This document shows positions 10,944 to 21,879 of a DNA stretch of 64,000 bases, one piece after another. Both the position numbers and the translations under genes were made by a program. The stretch's first letter is position 1. Each line of letters opens with the position of its first letter. The stretch is taken from positions 224,001 to 288,000 of the forward strand of contig CAWHTE010000005.1 in the NCBI GenBank assembly GCA_963832165.1, in the 5' to 3' direction. The stretch is from an uncultured delta proteobacterium (GTDB lineage Bacteria > Myxococcota_A > UBA9160 > SMWR01). The notes below the pieces were generated by a model. It had not been told where the DNA came from. It did not search any database and worked only from the letters and a program-made list of their open reading frames with translations.

Positions 10944-12652
10944 CTACTCCTCCCCTTCCGGCCCGGAAGAGCCCTCGGCCTTCCGGGCGAGTTTTTCGGC
11001 GAGGAGGTCACCCAGCGTCGTCGCCTGCCGCGCCGACTGCTGGGCCGCCAGCTTCTTGAGCGATTCGCGCTGCTCGCGATCGGTGAGCGCGCGGATCGAC
11101 AGCGAGATCTTCTGCTCGTCCGGATCGACGCGCGTGACGAGCGCCGTCACCTGCTGGCCCGGCGCTGGACCACGTCGGCCGGGTTGTCGACGCGCTCGTC
11201 GGCGAGCTCGCTGCTGTAGATCAGGCCCTCGATGCCCTCTTCGAGCTGCACGAACGCGCCGAAGTCGGCCACGTTCGTGATCGGGCCGGTCACCTCGCTG
11301 CCGACCGGGTACTTGCCGCATGCAGCTCGTCCCAGGGGTTCGCCTGGAGCTGCTTGATGCCGAGCGAGAACTTCTCGTTCTCCTTGTCGATCTTGAGCAC
11401 CACGGCCTCGACCATCGTCGCCCTTCTTGAACTTCTCGCTCGGGTGCTTGATCTGCTCGGTCCACGAGATGTCGGAGACGTGCACGAGGCCGTCGATGCC
11501 CTCTTCGAGCCCGACGAAGACGCCGAAGTTGGTGATGTTGCGCACCGCGCCCGACACGCGCGTGCCGACCGGGTACTTCTGCTCGATCACGCTCCACGGG
11601 TTCGGCTCGATCTGCTTCATGCCGAGCGAGATCTTGCGATCGCGCTCGTCGACGTCGAGCACCACCGCTTCGACCGTGTCGCCGACGTTCACCACCTTGG
11701 ACGGGTGCTTGATGCGCTTGGTCCACGACATCTCGGAGACGTGGATCAGCCCTTCGATGCCCGGCTCGAGCTCGAGGAACGCGCCGTAGTCGGCGAGCGA
11801 GACGACGCTGCCGGAGATGCGCTTGCCGATCGCATAGCGCATCGACGCGTCGATCCACGGATCGGGCTGGATCTGCTTCAGGCCCAGCGAGACGCGCTCG
11901 TTGTCCGAATCGAACTTGAGCACCTTGACCTTGATCTCGTCGCCGACCTGGAAGATCTCGCTCGGGTGGTTGACGCGGCCCCACGACATGTCGGTGACGT
12001 GGAGCAGGCCGTCGATGCCGCCGAGGTCGATGAACGCGCCGTAGTCGGTGAGGTTCTTGATCACGCCGTCGACGATCTGGCCGGCCGCGAGCGTCTGGAG
12101 CGTGGTCTCGCGCATGCGCTTGCGCTCGCTCTCGAGCAGCGCGCGGCGCGACAGCACGATGTTGCCGCGGCTCTTGTTGAACTTGATGATCTTGAACTGC
12201 AGGCGCTGACCGACGATGTGCTCGAGGTTGCGCACGGGCCGCAGGTCGACCTGCGAGCCGGGCAGGAACGCCTTCACGCCGATGTCGACGGCGAGGCCGC
12301 CCTTCACGCGCGAGAGCACGAGGCCCTCGACCGCCTCGTCGGCCTTGTACGCGCGGCTGATGTCGTCCCAGACCTTGAGCCGGTCGGCCTTCTCCTTCGA
12401 GATCACGACGCGGCCGTCGTCGTCTTCGGCCTCCTCGAGCAGCACGTCGACCTCGTCGCCGGGCGCGACGAGCACGGTGCCGTCTTCGTCCATGAACTCC
12501 CACGATGCGACCATTCCTTCGGACTTGAATCCGATGTCGATCGACACGTGCTCGTCGTCGATTGCGAGCACCCTGCCGCGCACCACCTCTCCCTCTTTCA
12601 GGGAGCGGATGCTCTTCTCGAACAGGTCAGCGAAGGATTCGGTATTGCTCAT
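10944..12652 (-). CDS. rpsA: 30S ribosomal protein S1 (indels near 11415, 11320 and 11160)
   Basis: Tandem S1 domains ([30 protein letters not shown]) and C-terminal TTLGDLL. Confidence 0.95.
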
Positions 12653-13566
12653 AGGCCTTGATCGGGATCTCCCTTGGAACGGTCGCCGCGCGCACGCGGG
12701 GCATCGGTTTCGGTTCTGGACGCCGGCTCTGGAAACAGCGCGATGCGGGCCGCGGAGAGTAGCCGGTCCAACCCCTCCGCGTCGCCTGCTTCGAGGGCCC
12801 TCGCGATCGCCTCGAGCTGCGCCCCGGCCCCGAACAGCGGCGCTGCGAGCGCCTTGCGGTTCGCGGTCAGGATGTCGGCCCAGAGCTCGGCATCGCTGCG
12901 CGCGATCCGGGTGAAGTCCCGGAAGCCCGCCCCCGCCAGTTCGGCGGCCGTGGCCGGGGCCCCGGCCAGCGACCCCGCGAACGCGAAGGCGAGCAGATGG
13001 GGCAGATGGCTCACCCAGGCGACCTCCGCGTCGTGCTGGGCGGCCGTGCGCCGCACCACGCGCGCTCCGAGCGCCTCCCAGAACGCCACTACGCGCGCAC
13101 CCGCGGTCGGGTCGGCCGCCTCCGTCACGATGCACACCGCGCGCTCGAACAGGTCGGCGCGCGCGTGCCCCATGCCGCGGTGGTGGCTGCCCGCCATCGG
13201 ATGCGAGCCGACATAGCTGCAGCCCGGGGGCAGAAGACCCGGGAGCGTATCGACGAGCGGCGCCTTCACGCTGCCGACATCGGTGATCACGGTACCGGGC
13301 GTGAGCCCGGGCGTGATCTCGCGCAGCAGCGCGGGCATCGCGCCGACCGGCGACGCGAGCACCACGAGGTCCGCGCCGCGGGCCACTTCGGCGAGCGGTG
13401 CGATGCGATCGACCGCCCCGCGCGCGAGCGCCTCCGCGCGCGCCTCGGCGCTGCGCGTGGCGCCGACCACCTCGCGCGCGGCACCGCGCTCGCGCGCTGC
13501 GAGCGCGACCGACCCGCCGAGCAGCCCGAGCCCGACGACCGCGACGCGCGCGAGCGGCGCACTCAC
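12649..13566 (-). CDS. tyrA: Prephenate dehydrogenase
   Basis: VGLGLLGGS, TDVGSVK, GSHPMAGS, HD...AWVSHLPH and GFRDFTRIA. Confidence 0.9.
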   Translation of the reverse strand: MSAPLARVAVVGLGLLGGSVALAARERGAAREVVGATRSAEARAEALARGAVDRIAPLAEVARGADLVVLASPVGAMPALLREITPGLTPGTVITDVGSVKAPLVDTLPGLLPPGCSYVGSHPMAGSHHRGMGHARADLFERAVCIVTEAADPTAGARVVAFWEALGARVVRRTAAQHDAEVAWVSHLPHLLAFAFAGSLAGAPATAAELAGAGFRDFTRIARSDAELWADILTANRKALAAPLFGAGAQLEAIARALEAGDAEGLDRLLSAARIALFPEPASRTETDAPRARGDRSKGDPDQGL

Positions 13567-14664
13567 GATGTGCGCCCCAGGATGCGCGCGAGCGTCTTCA
13601 CGAGGCGCTCGTTCTCCTCGGGCAGTCCGATCGTCACGCGCACGCAGTCGGGCATGCCGAAGCCCGCGAGCGGACGCACGATCACGCCCTCGCGCTGGAG
13701 CCGGTCGAAGATCCCCTCCCCCGCGCGCACGAGCACGAAATTCGCATCGCGTGGGCCACACCTCGACGCCGAGCGCGCCGAGCTCGCGCGTGAGGTACTC
13801 GCACGCCCTCCGCGTTCACGCGCCGCGAGCGCTCCGCGTGCTCCTCGTCGTCGAGCGCCGCGAGTGCTGCCGCCGCTGCGAGCCGATTCACGTTGAACGG
13901 ATGGCGCGCGCGGTTCAGATAGTCGGCGAGCTCCGCGTCGCACACGCCGTAGCCCACGCGCAGCCCCGCGAGGCCGTAGATCTTCGAGAACGTGCGCATC
14001 ACGATCGTGCCGGGGCGGCGTGCCGACCCACGCGATCGCGTCGGGGAAGTCGGGGCGGCGCGCGAACTCGCGATAGGCCTCGTCGACCACGAGCACGAGC
14101 TCGGCGGGCAGCGAGCGCACGAACGCGTCGAATGCCGCGGCCCCGACGCTCGTGCCGGTCGGGTTGTTGGGATTGCACACGAACACCACGCGCGTGCGCT
14201 CGGTGATCGCGGCGCGCAGCGCGGGCAGGTCGTGTACGAGCGCGGCGTCGAGCGGCACCGTCACGGGGGTCGCGCCCATGCCCTTCACCACGATCGGGTA
14301 CATCGCGAACGACGGCCACGCGAACACCGCCTCGTCGCCGGGGCCCAGGAACGCCTTCACGACCAGCTCGAGGATCTCGTCGGCGCCGCAGCCGAACACG
14401 AACTGCTGCTCGCCGACTCCGAAGCGCTTCGGCGAGCGCCGCGCGCAGATCGAAGCACGCGCCGTCGGGGTAGCGGTGGACGCCCGCGAGCGCGTCGCGC
14501 ACCGCGGCCAGCGCGCGCGGCGACGGGCCGATCGCGCTCTCGTTCGAGGCGAGCTTGATCGCGCCCTCGATCCCGAGCTCGCGCTCGAGCTCCTCGGGCG
14601 GCTTGCCGGGCTCGTAGGGAGCGAGCTCGCGGATGTGTCGCTTCACGATGCGTTCGAGCGCCAC
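13563..14664 (-). CDS. hisC: Histidinol-phosphate aminotransferase (several indels)
   Basis: [25 protein letters not shown] and [16 protein letters not shown] spread over frames. Confidence 0.9.
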
Positions 14665-14665
14665 G

Positions 14666-15818
14666 TCAGCGACTCCCCACCGCAGACGGCGACCGCGCGC
14701 TCTCCGAGCGCGGGAACGAGCCGAGCACGCGCGTCGAGTGGGCGACGCGCGACGCGGCCTCGAGCGCGCGGTGCACGGCCGCCTCCGAGCGGTGGCCCTC
14801 GCAGTCGATGAAGAACAGATACTCCCAGGGCTTGCCCGCGATCGGCCGCAGCTGGATCGAGGTGAGGTTCACCTTCTCCTGCGCGAACGGCTCGATCAGC
14901 CGGTGGAGCGCGCCGGTCTCGTCGCGGCGGATCGTGAACACGATCGAGGTGAGGTCGCGCCCGCTCGGCGGCGGCGGATCGCCGCCGATCACGAGGAAGC
15001 GCGTGCTGTTGTCGCGGCGGTCCTCGATGCTCGACGCGATCACGGCGAGCTCGTACACCTCGGCCGACAAGCAGAGAGCCGATCGCCGCGCACTCGGGAT
15101 CCGCGGCGGCGCGCTGTGCGGCCGCGGCCGTGCTGGCCATCTCGATGCGCGGCACACCCGGCAGCTGCTGGTCGAGCCAGCGCCGGCACTGCGCGAGCGG
15201 CTGCGGGTGCGAGATCACGCGCTTCACGTCTTCGATCCGCCCGCTCTTCGAGAGCAGCGCGTTCGACACGCGCAGCACGCGCTCGGCGCACACGGTGACG
15301 TCGCGATCTCCGAACGAGTCGAGCGTCTGCGTGACCACGCCTTCGGTGGTGTTCTCGACGGGCACGATCCCGAGCTGGGTGCGCCCGGACTCGACCGACG
15401 CGAACACGTCGGAGATGCTCGCGACGCCGCACAGCACTGCGAGCGAGCCGAAGTGCTCGCGCGCGGCCTGGTGCGAGAACGTGCCCTCGGGCCCGAGATA
15501 GGCCACGCGGATCGCGTCCTCGAGCGAGCGCGTGCCCGAGATGATCTCGCGGAACACCGGGCCGAGCGCCTCGGACGGAAACGGCCCCGGATTCCCCTCG
15601 CGGAGGCGCTCGACGATCCGGCGCTCGCGGGTGGGCTCGTAGACCGCGGTTTCCGCGATCTGCTTCGCGCGGCCGACCTCGGTGACGAGCTCCGCGCGCT
15701 CGTTGAGTCGCGCGAGGATGGCGTCGTCCACCGCGTCGATGCGCGCGCGCAGGCGCTCGATCTCGAGCTCGGCAGCAGCCGGGTCGAGCAGCGGGCGATC
15801 CGATTCGGCACGCGACAT
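14666..15818 (-). CDS. pheA: Chorismate mutase/prephenate dehydratase (indel near 15070)
   Basis: LRARIDAVD, YLGPEGTFS, PVENTTEG, NSTRFLVIG and WEYLFFID. Confidence 0.9.
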
Positions 15819-16040
15819 GGAGAAAACGCGCTAACCCCTTGAAAAATCAGGGCGCAGAGTACTCGACCCCCTTGCGGGCCGCAAACGATCGCGGCCCGAT
15901 TTCCGTTGCATCTCGGCAGGTTACCGGGCCGGCCGCCCGCACAGGCTCCCTCTCCCGCGGGGGGAGGGTTTAACCTCGCGAATCCACTCGCGCTATCCGG
16001 CTTCAAGCGGTGCGCGAGCAGCGTCGATAAGCGCAGCGGC

Positions 16041-17663
16041 GTGAGCATTCAACCGTCGAAGGCTCCGGTCCGTGACGTCACGGGCGAGCGGCCCGCTGGA
16101 TGGAGCGGCCTGGCGTCGAAGCTCATCCTCTTCGTGTTCGCCTCGACGTTCGTGACCGCGACGATCGTGTCGTGGATTTCGATCCAGTCCACGAGCGGCT
16201 CGCTGCGCGGCATGATCGAGCGGCTCTACCCGCTCTCGCTCGACCACGCCGCCCAGCGCATCGAGCCCTGGGTGACCCAGGTGCGGCTGCAGCTCGAGTA
16301 CGCGGCCAACGATCCGCAGGCCGACGCGGCGACGCTGTCCGCCGGCGAGCACGCGCAGCTCGACGGGCTCGCCGTCTACGGAAGCGACGGCGTTCGCGAG
16401 CGCGCCTGGGGCCTCGCGCCGAAGCGGGCGGCCGCTGCGCTGCGCGCGAAGGATCGCGTCGCGGCGATCCAGCTCGACTCGGGCGGCTGGGCACTCGCCG
16501 TGGCGCGCGCGCGGGCACCGGATGGCGTCGAGCTCGTGGGCGTCGTTTCGCTCGCGCGGCTCGTTCCGCTGCTCGAGGTGGAGCTCCCGAACGAGGACGC
16601 GTTGATCGCGCTCGTCGACGGCAAGGGCCGCGTGCTCGCGCGCGCGGGCAAGCCCCCGGGCGACCTCGCGCTCGACCGGATCGAAGTGAACGCGCTCCAC
16701 TCGCGCGGCGCGCTGCGCGAGACCGAGATCGAGGGCGAGCACGTGATCGCCGCGTCGCAGCGGATCGATCTGCTCGACTGGCACGTCGCGATCATCACGC
16801 CGTTCGAGACCGCCTACGCGCCGGTGTTCTCGGTGGTGACGCGCGTGTTCACGATCGACCTCTGCATCATCCTCGCGTTCAGCATCCTCGCCTATCGCAT
16901 CACGGCGCGCGTGGTGCGGCCGATCGGACACCTGTCCGAGGCCGTGCGCCGCGTGATGCTCGGACACGCCGAGCTCGAGGTGCCCGAGGTGTCGTCGCGC
17001 GACGAGATCGGCCTCCTCACGCGCACGTTCAACGACATGATCCAGCAGCAGCGCGCGCAGCGCGAGGAGATCGAGGAGGCCAACCGGCACCTCAAGGACC
17101 GCAACCATCGCCTGCAGCAGGCGAACGAGGTGTTGAACCAGCTCTCGATCACCGACGGGCTCACCAAGCTCCACAACCACCGGTTCTTCCAGGACCACCT
17201 CACGCGCGAGATCCGGCGCGTGGAGCGCACGCAGGAGCCGCTCGCGATCCTCGTGATCGACATCGACGACTTCAAGCGCCTGAACGACCGCCTCGGCCAC
17301 GCCGCGGGGGACGAGATTCTCGCGCGCATCGCGCAGATCCTGAACGGCGCCGTGCGCGGCAGCGATCTCTGCGCGCGCTACGGCGGCGAGGAGTTCGTGA
17401 TCCTCGCTCCCGGCACCGACACGCAGGGCGCCTATCTGCTCGCGGAAAAGGTGCGCACGGCGATCGCCGAGTCGTCGTTCATCGTCGACGACTCACTGCG
17501 CCCGCTGCGCGTCACGGTGTCGGTCGGGGTCGCCGCGTTCACGGGCAACCGCAAGCGCTTCTTCCAGAAGGCCGACCAGGCGCTCTACCGCGCCAAGGCC
17601 GACGGCAAGAACTGCGTGATCGTGCACGAAGACGACATGCCCGAGGATGGGCCCTCGGCCTAG
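16041..17663 (+). CDS. Membrane sensor diguanylate cyclase (periplasmic Cache-like, HAMP, GGEEF)
   Basis: Two TM helices, HAMP (DEIGLL), SITDGLTKLHN and RYGGEEF. Confidence 0.9.
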   Translation: MSIQPSKAPVRDVTGERPAGWSGLASKLILFVFASTFVTATIVSWISIQSTSGSLRGMIERLYPLSLDHAAQRIEPWVTQVRLQLEYAANDPQADAATLSAGEHAQLDGLAVYGSDGVRERAWGLAPKRAAAALRAKDRVAAIQLDSGGWALAVARARAPDGVELVGVVSLARLVPLLEVELPNEDALIALVDGKGRVLARAGKPPGDLALDRIEVNALHSRGALRETEIEGEHVIAASQRIDLLDWHVAIITPFETAYAPVFSVVTRVFTIDLCIILAFSILAYRITARVVRPIGHLSEAVRRVMLGHAELEVPEVSSRDEIGLLTRTFNDMIQQQRAQREEIEEANRHLKDRNHRLQQANEVLNQLSITDGLTKLHNHRFFQDHLTREIRRVERTQEPLAILVIDIDDFKRLNDRLGHAAGDEILARIAQILNGAVRGSDLCARYGGEEFVILAPGTDTQGAYLLAEKVRTAIAESSFIVDDSLRPLRVTVSVGVAAFTGNRKRFFQKADQALYRAKADGKNCVIVHEDDMPEDGPSA

Positions 17664-17723
17664 CGGCGCTCGCGAGTGAGCCGCTGACCTTGCAATCCTC
17701 ACCGCTTCCCCCACCCTGCCCGC

Positions 17724-18342
17724 GTGACGGTCGTGATCGGACTCACGGGTGGGATCGGCTCGGGCAAGAGCACGGTGTCGCGCCTGTTCCAGGCGCTCGG
17801 CGCGACGCGTGATCGACGCGGACGCGATCGTGCACGAGCTCCAGGCACCCGGGATGCCGATGGTCGAAGAGCTCGCGAGAGAGTTCGGCCCGGGCATCCT
17901 CGACGCCGCGGGCGCGCTCGACCGCAAGGCGCTCGGCGCGATCGTGTTCAACGACGAGGCCGCGCGGCTGCGGCTCAACCACATCGTGCACCCGCAGGTC
18001 GGCGCCGAGTTCGCGCGCCGGCTCGCGGCCGCGCTGGCCGAGAAGGCGAAGCTCGTCGTGCTCGACATTCCGCTGCTCTTCGAGGGACGCGAGTCGGGGC
18101 GCGGCAGCTCGGCCGCGCGCAACGTCGAGACGACCGTCGTCGTCTGGGTGCCCGAGCCGGTGCAGATCGAGCGGCAGATCGCGCGCGACCGCTGCACGCG
18201 CGCGGAGGCCGAGCAGCGCGTGCGCGCGCAGATGGCGCTCGACAAGAAGCGCGAGCTCGCCGATCACGTGATCGACAACAGCGGCACGATCGCGGAGACG
18301 GAGCGCCAGGTGCAGGCGCTGTACGAGCGGCTCACGGGTTGA
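17724..18342 (+). CDS. coaE: Dephospho-CoA kinase (indel near 17805)
   Basis: IGLTGGIGSGKSTV, then VIDAD, LDRKALG, HP and DIPLLFE in the next frame. Confidence 0.9.
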
Positions 18343-18355
18343 GAAGCGCGCGGAA

Positions 18356-18388
18356 GGCGGGATCCGCCTTCGGCTCCTCCCGCCCTAC
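18356..18388 (-). repeat. GTAG-type REP palindrome overlapping the trpA stop, between convergent genes
   Basis: Minus strand GTAG-GGCGGGA-GGAGCCGAAGGCGGA-TCCCGCC. Confidence 0.65.
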
Positions 18389-19182
18389 TTCCGCAGCGGG
18401 CGCTTGAGCTCGGCGACGAACGCGGCGGCCGCATCGACGGCCGCGTCGCCCGACCCCGCGCGCTCGATCCGGTCGACGAGCGCGCTGCCCACGACCACAC
18501 CATCGGCGAAAGCGGCGATCCGCACGGCGTGCTCGGGGGTCGACACGCCGAACCCCACGCAGACCGGGACGTCGGAGACCGCGCGCACCGCGCGCACCTC
18601 GGCCTCGAGCGTCGCCGAGATCGCAGTGCGCGCGCCGGTCGTGCCGGTCAGCGACACGAAGTAGAGGAAGCCCGCCGTGCGCTTCGCGAGCATCTCGAGC
18701 CGCTCGGGCCGGGTCGTGGGCGCCGCGAGCAGGACCGGATCGACGCCGCGCGCGCGCAGCGCCGCGTGCAGGCCCTCCCCTTCCTCGGGCGGCAGATCGA
18801 CCGCGATCAGCCCGTCGACCCCCACCTCGGCCGCAGCGGCGGCGAACTCCTCCTCGCCCATCGCGAGCAGGTTGTTCGCATAGCCCATCAGCACGATCGG
18901 CACCTCGACCTGCGCGCGCACGCGCCCGACGAGCTGGAGCACCTTGCGCAGCGACGCGCCCGCGCGCAGCGCGCGCTCGCTCGACCGCTGGATCGTCGGT
19001 CCCTCGGCCATCGGATCCGAGAACGGCACGCCCAGCTCGATCACGTCGGCGCCCGCGAGCGCGAGCGCGGGCACGAGTGCCTCGGTGGTGGCGAGGTCGG
19101 GATCGCCCGCGGTCACGAACGGGATCAGCGCCTTCTCGCCGCGAGCGCGCAGCGCAGCGAAACGAGCATCGAGCCGGCTCAT
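18385..19182 (-). CDS. trpA: Tryptophan synthase alpha chain
   Basis: TAGDP, ELGVPFSDPMAEGPTIQ and VGFGVS. Confidence 0.95.
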   Translation of the reverse strand: MSRLDARFAALRARGEKALIPFVTAGDPDLATTEALVPALALAGADVIELGVPFSDPMAEGPTIQRSSERALRAGASLRKVLQLVGRVRAQVEVPIVLMGYANNLLAMGEEEFAAAAAEVGVDGLIAVDLPPEEGEGLHAALRARGVDPVLLAAPTTRPERLEMLAKRTAGFLYFVSLTGTTGARTAISATLEAEVRAVRAVSDVPVCVGFGVSTPEHAVRIAAFADGVVVGSALVDRIERAGSGDAAVDAAAAFVAELKRPLRK

Positions 19183-19208
19183 GCAAGGAGACCGACGAAG
19201 TCGGTCGA

Positions 19209-19236
19209 CGCGCAGCGAGGCGAAGCCGAGCGAAGG
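19209..19236 (+). repeat. REP-like palindrome, family A (trpB-trpA intergenic)
   Basis: CGCGCAGCGAGGCGAAGCCGAGCGAAGG. Confidence 0.6.
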
Positions 19237-19237
19237 C

Positions 19238-20459
19238 TCATGACTTGCGGCGCTTCGCGAGCAGCTCGCGCACCTGCGGCGCGTCCTTGTCGCCGCGCCC
19301 CGAGAGGTTGATCACGAGCAGCGCGTCGCGGCCGAGCTCGGGCGCGAGGCGGCGCGCGTGCGCCACCGCGTGCGCGGACTCCAGCGCGGGGATGATGCCC
19401 TCGGTGCGCGAGAGATAGAGGAACGAGTCGAGCGCCTCTTCATCGGTTGCGGTCACGTACTCGGCGCGCCCGCTGTCGCGCAGGTGCGCGTGCTCGGGCC
19501 CGACGCCGGGATAGTCGAGCCCCGCCGAGATCGAGTGCGCGGGAAACACCTGGCCGTCATCGTCGAACAAGAGCAGGCTCTTCATGCCGTGCAGCACGCC
19601 GGGCGCGCCCGCGGAGAGCGCGGCGCCGTGGCGTCCGGTCGTGAGGCCCTCGCCGGCCGCTTCGACGCCGACGAGCCGCACGCCCGCGTCGGCCAGGAAC
19701 GGATGGAAGATTCCCATCGCGTTCGAGCCGCCGCCGACGCACGCGACGATCGCATCGGGCAGGCGCCCCGTCGCGGCCAGGATCTGCGCGCGCGCCTCGA
19801 TCCCGATCACGAGCTGGAAGTCGCGCACGATCGTCGGGTACGGATGCGGCCCCATCACCGACCCGATGCAGTAGTAGGTGTCGCGCACGTTGGTGACCCA
19901 GTCGCGCAGCGCCTCGTTGGTGGCGTCCTTGAGCGTCTTCGAGCCGCTCTCGACGGGGCGCACCTCGGCACCCAGCAGCTCCATGCGGAAGACGTTCAGC
20001 GACTGGCGCTCGACGTCCTCGGCGCCCATGTAGACGGTGCAGCTCTGACCCAGGAGCGCCGCGGCCGTGGCGGTCGCGACGCCGTGCTGGCCCGCGCCCG
20101 TCTCCGCGATCACGCGCGGCTTGCCCATGTGGCGCGCGAGCAGGCACTGGCCCAGCACGTTGTTGATCTTGTGCGCGCCCGTGTGCGCGAGGTCTTCGCG
20201 TTTCAGCCAGATCTGCGCGCCGCCGAGGTCTTCGGTCATCCGGCGCGCGAAGAAGAGCGGCGTCGGCCGACCCGCATAGTTCGCGAGCAGGTCGTCGAGC
20301 TCGGCCTTGAACTCGGGGCTCTTCGACACGCGCGGATACGCTTCGGTGAGCTCGTCGAGCGCGGCGATCAGCGTCTCGGGGACATAGCGTCCGCCGTAGT
20401 CGCCGAAGCGACCGCGCTCGTCGGCGGCACTGCGTGAATCCGGACCGCGCTGCGCTCAT
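19238..20459 (-). CDS. trpB: Tryptophan synthase beta chain (indel within the first ~12 codons)
   Basis: [37 protein letters not shown] and [14 protein letters not shown]. Confidence 0.95.
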
Positions 20460-21100
20460 TTCGCCTCGGCCGGCTCCGGCTCCGGTGCTTCGGCCGCACG
20501 CACCGCCTGGACGAAGCGCTTGATCTTCTCGGCATCCTTGCGGTGCCCGGGGCCCTCGACCCCGGAGGCGACATCGACGCCCCACGGCAACAGATCGCCG
20601 AGATCGGCGAGCGCGCCGCCGACGTTGTCCGGGTCGAGCCCGCCGCCCAGGATCACGTCGCAGCCGCTCTCGATCAGCTCTGCGGCGTCCGACCACTTCC
20701 ACGGCTTGCCGCGCCCGCCGCCCTCCGTCGGGTGATCGAGCAGCAGCATCGTGCCCGGGTATTGCTCGGCGGCTTCGGGGTCGGCGCCGCGGATCGCCTT
20801 GATCACGGGCAGGTCGACCGACTCGACCTGCTCCTCGGTCTCGTCCCCGTGGAACTGCAACCGATCGAGGTCGACGCGGCGCAGCACGCGATCGATCTCC
20901 TCCTGCTCCGCGTTCTGGAACACGCCGACCAGCTCGACGCGGCCCGCGACGCGCTCCGCGATCGCGATCGCGGCCTTCAGCTCGAGGAAGCGCGGCGAGG
21001 TGGGCACGAAGTTGAGCCCGAGCAGATCGGCGCCCGCCGCGATCGCGCTCTCGGCATCGTCCGGGTGAATGATCCCGCAGATCTTGATACGAACGTTCAC
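20456..21100 (-). CDS. trpF: Phosphoribosylanthranilate isomerase
   Basis: IKICGI, QFHGDE, LGGGL.PDNV and GVDVASGVE. Confidence 0.9.
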   Translation of the reverse strand: MNVRIKICGIIHPDDAESAIAAGADLLGLNFVPTSPRFLELKAAIAIAERVAGRVELVGVFQNAEQEEIDRVLRRVDLDRLQFHGDETEEQVESVDLPVIKAIRGADPEAAEQYPGTMLLLDHPTEGGGRGKPWKWSDAAELIESGCDVILGGGLDPDNVGGALADLGDLLPWGVDVASGVEGPGHRKDAEKIKRFVQAVRAAEAPEPEPAEAK

Positions 21101-21879
21101 GAGGCCCTCCGCAGGCGCCGCAATGCGCCAGCCACATCTGCTTCGCGCATCAGCGATTCGCCGACCAGAAACGCGTGCGCGCCGGACGCGGCCAGTCTCG
21201 CCATGTCGGTGCGCGTGAAGATGCCACTTTCCGCCACCACGACGACCCCCTCCGGCACACGCGGCGCGAGCCGCTCGGTGACACCCAGATCGGTCTCGAA
21301 CGTGCGCAGGTTGCGGTTGTTGATGCCGAGCACGCGCGCGCCCGACGCGAGCGCGACGTCGAGCTCCGCCTCGTCGTGCACCTCGACCAGCGCGCAGAGT
21401 CCCAGTGCCTCGGCGCGCTTCCGCAGCGAGGCGAGCGCCTCGGGCTCGAGCGCCGCCGCGATCAGCAGCACGGCGTCGGCGCCCGCGACGCGCGCCTCGT
21501 CGACCTGGTAGGCGTCGATCACGAAGTCCTTGCGCAGGAGCGGCACGGCGACCGCGCCGCGCACGGCGGCGAGGAAGTCGAGGTGCCCGCCGAAGAACGA
21601 CTCGTCCGTGAGCACCGAGATCGCGGCGGCCCCGCCCTCGGCATACGCGATCGCGCACGCGACCGGATCGAAGTCCGCGCGGATCTCGCCGCGCGAGGGC
21701 GAGCGGCGCTTCACCTCTGCGATCACGCGCGGCTCGGGCCCGCGCGCGATCGCACCCGCGAAGTCGCGCAGCGGCGCCGCGGATTCCTCCGCGCGGCGCG
21801 CGAGCTTCTCGGGCGCCTCGCGCGAGCGCGCGGCCGCGAGCTCGCCGCGCTTGTGGTCGAGGATCCGGTCGAGAATCAT
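21097..21879 (-). CDS. trpC: Indole-3-glycerol phosphate synthase
   Basis: VIAEVKRRSPSRG, LRKDF and GINNRNL. Confidence 0.95.
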   Translation of the reverse strand: MILDRILDHKRGELAAARSREAPEKLARRAEESAAPLRDFAGAIARGPEPRVIAEVKRRSPSRGEIRADFDPVACAIAYAEGGAAAISVLTDESFFGGHLDFLAAVRGAVAVPLLRKDFVIDAYQVDEARVAGADAVLLIAAALEPEALASLRKRAEALGLCALVEVHDEAELDVALASGARVLGINNRNLRTFETDLGVTERLAPRVPEGVVVVAESGIFTRTDMARLAASGAHAFLVGESLMREADVAGALRRLRRAS

